A stretch of 64,000 nt of DNA from Candidatus Limnocylindrus sp. (GTDB taxonomy: Bacteria > Chloroflexota > Limnocylindria > Limnocylindrales > Limnocylindraceae): contig JBBAWM010000001.1 of the NCBI GenBank assembly GCA_040397175.1, positions 185,976 through 249,975 on the forward strand, in the 5' to 3' direction. This document shows, piece after piece, positions 58,247-64,000 of this stretch (the first letter of the stretch is position 1; each line of letters starts with the position of its first letter). The translations under genes and the position numbers were made by a program. A model generated the notes under the pieces. That model searched no databases. It was not told where the DNA came from and was given only the letters and a program-made list of their open reading frames with translations.

Positions 58247-60040
58247 ATGATCGATGCCCTTGACGCCGCCGGCCTCCTTACCCGCTTCGCGGCGCTCCAC
58301 CCCGTTGCCGCAACGGGGATGGGGATCCATGATCACGACGGATCATGGGGCGAGCGCGGCCCCGCCGGTCGCGCGGCGCGGTTGGGCTGGTGCGACCGAG
58401 AAGAGGGACGCCTCGTTGCCATCCCAACGGCGAGCCTTAGCCCCGACGATCTCTGCGATCGCGACCTGGCCCTCGGCACGATTCGCGCAATTCGGTTCGA
58501 GCTCCAAGAGGTGCAACCTGAAGCCTGGGATGCCCTGCATACCGTCTCCGTGATTGGGGGTGGGCTCTTTCCACTCATCGCCCGTGGCTTCGGCACGCGG
58601 GAGCGTCGCGCCAGCGATCTGGCGAGTCGGTTGGCGCAGGTGCCCGCCCTGCTCGACGGTGCGATCACGGACCTCACCGGCCTCGCTGAACTCCGCGTGC
58701 CCGCCGACGATGGCGCACCGCGCCGCGGGGGAGAACTCCCGCCGACCGGCACCGTAACGCTGCCAGCGCGGCCCGTCAGTCGACTGCACACCGAAACGGC
58801 GATCGCACAGGCGCCCGGCATTGCTGAACTCGCCGAGCTAGCGGTGGCAACCTACGGCGACACACTCCGTGCCCCAGCCGATGCGGCCATCGCCGCCACA
58901 ACTCGGTTCATTGAGCGCCTCCAGCGCGAGGTGCTGCCAACGAGTTCTGGCGAGGGGCGCTTTGGCGCAGTGCTCTACGACCGTGCCTTGCGCCACACCC
59001 TCTTCGGATCACACGACCGCGCTGCGATTGCCGCCAAGGGCGAACAGGAGTTTGCCGCGGTACGAGCGCGCATGATCTCGATTGCCCAACGCATTGCGCC
59101 GGAGTGGCTCGGCGAACGCGCGACCGCAGCGCTCAGCGGCGATCGTTCCGCTCTCGTTGCCGAGGTTCTGCATGCGATTGGCGGCGATCACTGTGCGCCA
59201 GAAGAGATGCTCGATCGGTCCCGCGCGGAGACGGCACGATGCGAGGCATTCATCCGAAAAACGGGTCTCGTGGACCTGCCGAAGGAGCCACTCGAGATCA
59301 TGTGGACGCCGCTCTTCTTGCGCGCATATGCGGGTGCATTCCTTGACGCACCAGGCCCGCTCGATCGCGGTGAGAAGAGCTTCTTCTACGTCACGCCTGC
59401 CCCTGACGGCGCGACCCCAGAACAGGTTGAGTCGAAGATGCGCGAAGACAACAACCGCATGTTGGCGCTCCTCGCCATTCATGAGGCGATCCCAGGCCAC
59501 TATCTACAATTGGCGGCGGCGAACCAGACGCCACGTCCACTTCGTGCCGCGTTCGGCTCGGGCGTCTTCGCCGAAGGGTGGGCGGTCTACGTGACGCAGG
59601 TGATGCTCGACGAGGGTTTCGGTGATGGCGATCTGGCGCTGGAGCTCGTGCACTGGAAGTTCTACCTGCGCTGTATTGCCAACGCGCTCCTCGATGCAGG
59701 GATTCATGCTGATGACCGAGATGAGGCCTGGGCGCTCCACCTGATGGTTGGTCAGAGCTGGCAAGAGGAGGCGGAGGCGAAGGCGAAGTATCTCCGCGCG
59801 CGCCTCACCTCGACGCAGCTACCGACCTACTTCGTGGGCTCCATGGGGTGCTGGGAGATTGAGGATCGCGCGCGTCGCGCCGCTCGGGGGCCCGTTGCCC
59901 ATGTCGACGGCGCTGACCTGCCTGGAAACCGGGTAGCGACCCCAGGATTCTCGCGACCGACGCACCTGCGCGCGGTGCTTTCGCACGGCACGCCACCCAT
60001 TCCGCTCCTTGAACGACTGCTCGGCCTCGGAGGGAGCTAG
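58247..60040 (+). CDS. DUF885-family protein (putative metallopeptidase)
   Basis: HEAIPGHYLQ, FAEGWAVY, QLPTYFVG. Confidence 0.88.
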   Translation: MIDALDAAGLLTRFAALHPVAATGMGIHDHDGSWGERGPAGRAARLGWCDREEGRLVAIPTASLSPDDLCDRDLALGTIRAIRFELQEVQPEAWDALHTVSVIGGGLFPLIARGFGTRERRASDLASRLAQVPALLDGAITDLTGLAELRVPADDGAPRRGGELPPTGTVTLPARPVSRLHTETAIAQAPGIAELAELAVATYGDTLRAPADAAIAATTRFIERLQREVLPTSSGEGRFGAVLYDRALRHTLFGSHDRAAIAAKGEQEFAAVRARMISIAQRIAPEWLGERATAALSGDRSALVAEVLHAIGGDHCAPEEMLDRSRAETARCEAFIRKTGLVDLPKEPLEIMWTPLFLRAYAGAFLDAPGPLDRGEKSFFYVTPAPDGATPEQVESKMREDNNRMLALLAIHEAIPGHYLQLAAANQTPRPLRAAFGSGVFAEGWAVYVTQVMLDEGFGDGDLALELVHWKFYLRCIANALLDAGIHADDRDEAWALHLMVGQSWQEEAEAKAKYLRARLTSTQLPTYFVGSMGCWEIEDRARRAARGPVAHVDGADLPGNRVATPGFSRPTHLRAVLSHGTPPIPLLERLLGLGGS

Positions 60041-61413
60041 CGCCCGCTGCGCCCCTGTCGCTCGGCATCGGTCTCGGGGTACGACACAGGTGCGGAGAGC
60101 GCTGCGGTTGCCGCCGCGGAGTAGGCCGTGTCGGCTGGGCTTGACGAACCCTTGACCGTGACTGATTTTGCGCCGACCGGTGGCTGCTCGGTCGCTGGCA
60201 AGATCGAACGACCAGGCAAGCGGTGCTCGAGCTTTACCGTTACGTCGTAGTCCTCGCAGATGTCGAGGAATGGATCTGGATCCATCATGTCGGGCGATTT
60301 CACCCCAGCGCCACCCCAGACGCCTTCGGCGATGAGCTCCATCGCCATGACGGGCATCACGCCCGTCTGCCAGGCAACGGGCTGTAGGTTGTAGCGACCC
60401 ATCGTCTCCGCCGCATCGCACACCTGGTAGTGGAACGTTTCGCGCGGGCGACCATCCTTGGTGCCGCTGACCAGCGTGCCAACGATCGCGCGACCGACCA
60501 TGCTCTTGCCAAGCGTTGATGGGTCAGGGGAGAGAGCGCCGATCACGTCGCGCGGTGCGACCTGGACGCCCTTCACGTTGATTGGATTCTTTCCGTCGAG
60601 TCCGAGTCGGTGCAGCAGCTGCAGCGTCTCAATGAAGTCGGCGCCGAGCGCGTACTTAAAGGTGATCACGTCGGCTTTCATGCTGCGAGGCAGCTGCACG
60701 ATCTCTTCATGCTCGACGTTCACGCACATCACTGGGCCGACCCCTTCAGGGAAGACGAAGTCCTCCGGCTCGCTGAACGGCTCGCGCACCTCGATCTTGC
60801 CGTTGCGCCAGACGATCGGTGGGTTCAAGCACTCCTCGATCACCGTCCAGAGGCTGAAGACGGTCGCAAATGGATAGCCTTCGATGCGCAGGTCGCCACC
60901 GTCGCGCACGTGCACGGCAGAGATGTCGTCGAAGGTCCACTTCTTGGCGTAGGCGGCGAAGATGTTGGAGAGGCCTGGGTCCATCCCCATGCCGATGAGG
61001 GCCAACTTGCCGCGGTCTTCCCAGAGCTTCTTGCGCTCCTCTTGGTAGGAGCCGAGCATGAGCCCCGGAACGGTGTACGGGTTCTGAATGTCAGGGACTG
61101 AGAGGCTCGTGGCCATATCGATGTAGTGCACGCCAGCTTCGAGGGCGGCGTCGAACACTGCTGGAACGAAGCGCGGATCGACCGCATTGAGTACGAGATC
61201 CGCCTTGGAGCTCGCGATGAGCTCTTTCAGCTGCGCGGCGTTCCCCGCGTCAACTTGGGCAACCTTGTAGCCAGCGCCAACCGCGTCGGCGACCGTGCGC
61301 GCGCGGTCGAGAGAGTAGTCCGCCAGGGTGAGGGTGCCGAGCCACTTCTTCCCCTTGATGAGATGGGCGATCGCCTCGCCGACCGTGCCCGTACCGACCA
61401 ACAGAACGTTCAT
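60037..61413 (-). CDS. Saccharopine dehydrogenase-like oxidoreductase (carboxyspermidine dehydrogenase-like)
   Basis: GTGTVG, NAVDPRF, YIDMA, GMDPGLSN, HEE, WQTG. Confidence 0.85.
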   Translation of the reverse strand: MNVLLVGTGTVGEAIAHLIKGKKWLGTLTLADYSLDRARTVADAVGAGYKVAQVDAGNAAQLKELIASSKADLVLNAVDPRFVPAVFDAALEAGVHYIDMATSLSVPDIQNPYTVPGLMLGSYQEERKKLWEDRGKLALIGMGMDPGLSNIFAAYAKKWTFDDISAVHVRDGGDLRIEGYPFATVFSLWTVIEECLNPPIVWRNGKIEVREPFSEPEDFVFPEGVGPVMCVNVEHEEIVQLPRSMKADVITFKYALGADFIETLQLLHRLGLDGKNPINVKGVQVAPRDVIGALSPDPSTLGKSMVGRAIVGTLVSGTKDGRPRETFHYQVCDAAETMGRYNLQPVAWQTGVMPVMAMELIAEGVWGGAGVKSPDMMDPDPFLDICEDYDVTVKLEHRLPGRSILPATEQPPVGAKSVTVKGSSSPADTAYSAAATAALSAPVSYPETDAERQGRSGR

Positions 61414-61560
61414 CGTTCAATGCCTTTCACGTGGGGGCCCAGGAAGCCGGGCTGCACCCACACCAGGGGAGCCCTCAGAGGGCTCAACCCAGTTGCTCTT
61501 GGCAGCCTACGCCTACCCCCCGGGGGGTCGTCAAACAGCCCGGAGTTCGTGCGGGGAGTG
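61414..61560 (-). promoter_or_regulatory. Long structured 5' leader, candidate cis-regulatory RNA
   Basis: Closing stem 61447-61455/61535-61543, inner hairpin 61469-61485, C6/G6 tract 61515-61528. Confidence 0.5.
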
Positions 61561-61617
61561 GTCGTATACTGATCTCAGGCGACACATGCCGCCACACGCG
61601 AAGTGAAGGAGTGAGCA

Positions 61618-62181
61618 ATGGACCCACTGATCGTTCTCGTCGTAGCCCTTGTGGTTGTCGGCCTGGTGGTCGCCTCCTCCTACAACGGACTTGTCTCTGG
61701 TCGAAACCGCGTGAAAGAGGCGCTCAGTCAAATCCAAGTACAGCTCAAGCGCCGCTATGACCTGATTCCAAATCTTGTTGATGCAGTCAAGGGGCAGATG
61801 GGCTTCGAGAAGGGCGTGCTCGAGAATGTCACGAAGGCGCGCGCCGCCGCGGTAAGCGCAGGTGCAAGTGGCGACACAGCAGGGCAGGCGAAGGCCGACA
61901 ATATGTTGACCGGCTCGCTGCGCACCCTCTTCGCCAACGTTGAGGCCTACCCAACGCTTAAGTCGAATGAGAACGTGATTCAGCTGCAGGAGCAGCTCAC
62001 GTCGACCGAGAATCAGATCGGCTTCAGCCGTCAGCACTACAACGCCACGGTTCTCGCCTACAACAACTCCATCCAGACCTTCCCTGGAGTGCTCTTTGCT
62101 CGTGCGTTCGGCTTCGCCGCCAGCGAGTTCTTCGACGCCCCCGATGCCGAGGAGGCCGTTCCGAAGGTCAACCTCTCCTAG
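61618..62181 (+). CDS. lemA: LemA-family protein
   Basis: QLKRRYDLIPNLV, EAYPTLKSN, RQHYN. Confidence 0.94.
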   Translation: MDPLIVLVVALVVVGLVVASSYNGLVSGRNRVKEALSQIQVQLKRRYDLIPNLVDAVKGQMGFEKGVLENVTKARAAAVSAGASGDTAGQAKADNMLTGSLRTLFANVEAYPTLKSNENVIQLQEQLTSTENQIGFSRQHYNATVLAYNNSIQTFPGVLFARAFGFAASEFFDAPDAEEAVPKVNLS

Positions 62182-62199
62182 TCGGAACAGGTCGACGCA

Positions 62200-63162
62200 G
62201 TGGCAACCTTCTACGATCTCGCGGCGGAGAACCGCAGAAAGTCGCTGGTTCTTGTCCTGATTGTGGTGGGGATCCTCGCCGCCTTTGGGGCGAGCGCAGG
62301 GATCGCCTTGAGTGGCACCGTTGACGGCGGAATCCCGTTTGCCCTTGGGGCATTTGTGATCGGATTCCTGCTTACCGTCGGGGCCTACTTTGGCGGTGAC
62401 CGCGCGGTTCTTGCCGCTGCTGGCGCGAAAGAGCTTGATCCAACGGCAGGAGATGAAGAGCGGCAATTCGAGAACATCATCAATGAGCTCTGCCTGGCCG
62501 CAAACCTACCCAAGCCCAAGCTCTACGTCATTGATGATTCGGCGCTTAATGCGTTCGCCACGGGGCGTGACCCGGAGCATGCCAGTGTGGCGGTAACGGT
62601 TGGGCTCATGCAGAAACTTGATCGGGAAGAGATGAGCGGCGTCCTTGGCCATGAACTCTCCCATGTGCGCAACTTTGATATTCGGTATGGACTCCTAGTT
62701 GCCGCACTCGTCGGTTCACTCGCACTCCTCAGCGACCTGGTGATCCGCTGGGCCTTCTGGGGCGGAGGCCGTCGGCGTGACGACGATCGTCAAGGAGGGA
62801 ACGGCCTCCAAGCGATTTTCATGATCCTGACGATCGTTCTGGCGATCCTCGCACCGATCGCGGCGCGGCTAGTGCAGCTTGCGGTCTCGCGGCAGCGTGA
62901 ATACCTCGCCGATGCGTCAAGTGTTGAGTTAACGCGCAACCCCGCTGGGCTCGAGCGCGCGCTCGCAAAGTTGGCTGGCGATAAGGAGGTCCTCGAGGTT
63001 GCAACCAAGGCCACGGCGCACATGTACATCATCAACCCGGTGAAACACTTCGAGCAGCGTTCGGCGGGATTCCTCGCAACCCATCCACCCCTGGTTGATC
63101 GCATAAATCGCCTGCGTGCCCTGCGTCGGGCCAAGCCACTCGCGTCGGTCACCGAGGCGTAA
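62200..63162 (+). CDS. htpX: Zn metalloprotease HtpX (M48)
   Basis: NAFATG, HELSH, SRQREYLAD, THPP. Confidence 0.94.
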   Translation: MATFYDLAAENRRKSLVLVLIVVGILAAFGASAGIALSGTVDGGIPFALGAFVIGFLLTVGAYFGGDRAVLAAAGAKELDPTAGDEERQFENIINELCLAANLPKPKLYVIDDSALNAFATGRDPEHASVAVTVGLMQKLDREEMSGVLGHELSHVRNFDIRYGLLVAALVGSLALLSDLVIRWAFWGGGRRRDDDRQGGNGLQAIFMILTIVLAILAPIAARLVQLAVSRQREYLADASSVELTRNPAGLERALAKLAGDKEVLEVATKATAHMYIINPVKHFEQRSAGFLATHPPLVDRINRLRALRRAKPLASVTEA

Positions 63163-63209
63163 TCTCACCACCCCGTAACCTGTGCCGCCGCCCTCCGCAG
63201 GGTTGAGGG

Positions 63210-63253
63210 GCGGCTGATCGGGGCGGCTGATCGGCGCGGCTGATCGGCGCGGC
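63210..63253. repeat. 13-bp tandem repeat (about 3.4 copies) after the htpX hairpin
   Basis: GCGGCTGATCGGS at 63210, 63223 and 63236, plus partial GCGGC. Confidence 0.9.
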
Positions 63254-63331
63254 ACCACGCCCGAGTACGCCCAGAGTGCCCTACTGTTGGTGTAGTCAGC
63301 CGAGCCGCCTCCTTGCTATGGTGTGCTTCGC

Positions 63332-63407
63332 GCGGGAGTAGCTCAGTTGGTAGAGCACTTGCCTTCCAAGCAAGATGTCGCGAGTTCGAGCCTCGTCTCC
63401 CGCTCCA
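63332..63407 (+). tRNA. tRNA-Gly (TCC)
   Basis: 76-nt cloverleaf; CTTGC-CTTCCAA-GCAAG anticodon arm, encoded CCA; TGCTATGGT -10 upstream. Confidence 0.97.
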
Positions 63408-63423
63408 GCGCCTTTTTGGGCGG

Positions 63424-64000
63424 TTACGCGCGTGTGTCGGCGAGGATCGCGCGTGAGACGCGCTTGGCAACAGCCAGGATGGTGACCATCGGATTCACGC
63501 CGAGCGCGGTAGGGAAGAGCGACCCGTCAGCCACATAGAGACTCTTGATCAGGCCGCCGTTCGGATCGCTCGAGCGAGGTCGCGGAGTAGAACGCACGCG
63601 GCCCCACGGATCGCAGGCATGGTCATTGGCGTCGGAGCCCATCCGAGCTGTGCCCATCTGGTGGGCAGAGAAAACGGTGCCGCGGTTTGGCGCGAAGTCG
63701 AAGCGATGCAAGCGGCGTAGATACACCTCCAGCGCCTCACTCCCATCGCTACGGCGCCAACTCATTGGCGGAGAGCCTGCTGCGATGATCTCACTTGCCC
63801 CTGCCGCCTCAGCAATGCGTGACATCGATCGCAGCGCATGGCGGAGGCCGCGCTCATCACGCGGCGTGGTGCGGTAGTTAATCTGCGCGAATCCTGCGCG
63901 GCTCGCCGTGACGGTGCCACCAGCGTCATCTTTGACAATCGCCAAGAAGGGGGCGATATTGCGCGCGAGTTTCATTAGGCGTTCATGTTCTGCGCGCGAG
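63424..64000 (-). CDS. GMC-family oxidoreductase, C-terminal part (long-chain alcohol oxidase-like; truncated by window edge)
   Basis: SAHQMGTARMG, LYVADGSLFPTALGVNPMVTI. Confidence 0.88.
   Translation of the reverse strand, partial: SRAEHERLMKLARNIAPFLAIVKDDAGGTVTASRAGFAQINYRTTPRDERGLRHALRSMSRIAEAAGASEIIAAGSPPMSWRRSDGSEALEVYLRRLHRFDFAPNRGTVFSAHQMGTARMGSDANDHACDPWGRVRSTPRPRSSDPNGGLIKSLYVADGSLFPTALGVNPMVTILAVAKRVSRAILADTRA

Noticed and set aside
40298-63407. Two near-identical tRNA-Gly sequences in opposite orientation as att sites or inversion ends
   Set aside because: Both are complete tRNAs with different anticodons (CCC, TCC), the DNA between is housekeeping, and no recombinase is present.

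Overview
High-GC, gene-dense bacterial chromosome segment with very short intergenic spacers. The gene set and protein styles suggest a streamlined Chloroflexota (Limnocylindria/Ellin6529-like) or a similar Terrabacteria genome; this is inference only. Most of the window is housekeeping: copA, two fabF plus fabD, leuCD-ilvD, an attenuated ilvBHC-leuAB-cimA-pheA operon, greA, lipB, a pyrR operon, a ctaA-ctaB fusion, sua5, xth, sodN/sodX, lemA-htpX and two tRNA-Gly genes. Five observations stand out. (1) An AT-richer 3-kb cassette (secreted two-Cys peptide, ABC ATPase, two membrane proteins) is bounded by two diverged copies of the last 38 codons of copA, with no integrase nearby; a second cargo block (SDR plus an inverted-domain photolyase with four Cys) follows the orphan copA tail. 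(2) About 20 operon-initial genes have a TANNNT -10 box 6-8 nt before the start codon, indicating pervasive leaderless mRNAs, including back-to-back bidirectional promoters. (3) An unannotated leaderless 39-aa Leu/Ile/Val leader-peptide attenuator precedes ilvB. (4) A pyrK-pyrD-pyrE module keeps cofactor-binding residues but has lost substrate and catalytic residues. (5) A structured ~140-nt leader upstream of a saccharopine/carboxyspermidine-dehydrogenase-like gene is a riboswitch candidate. All protein assignments come from motif recognition by eye; no database search was run.
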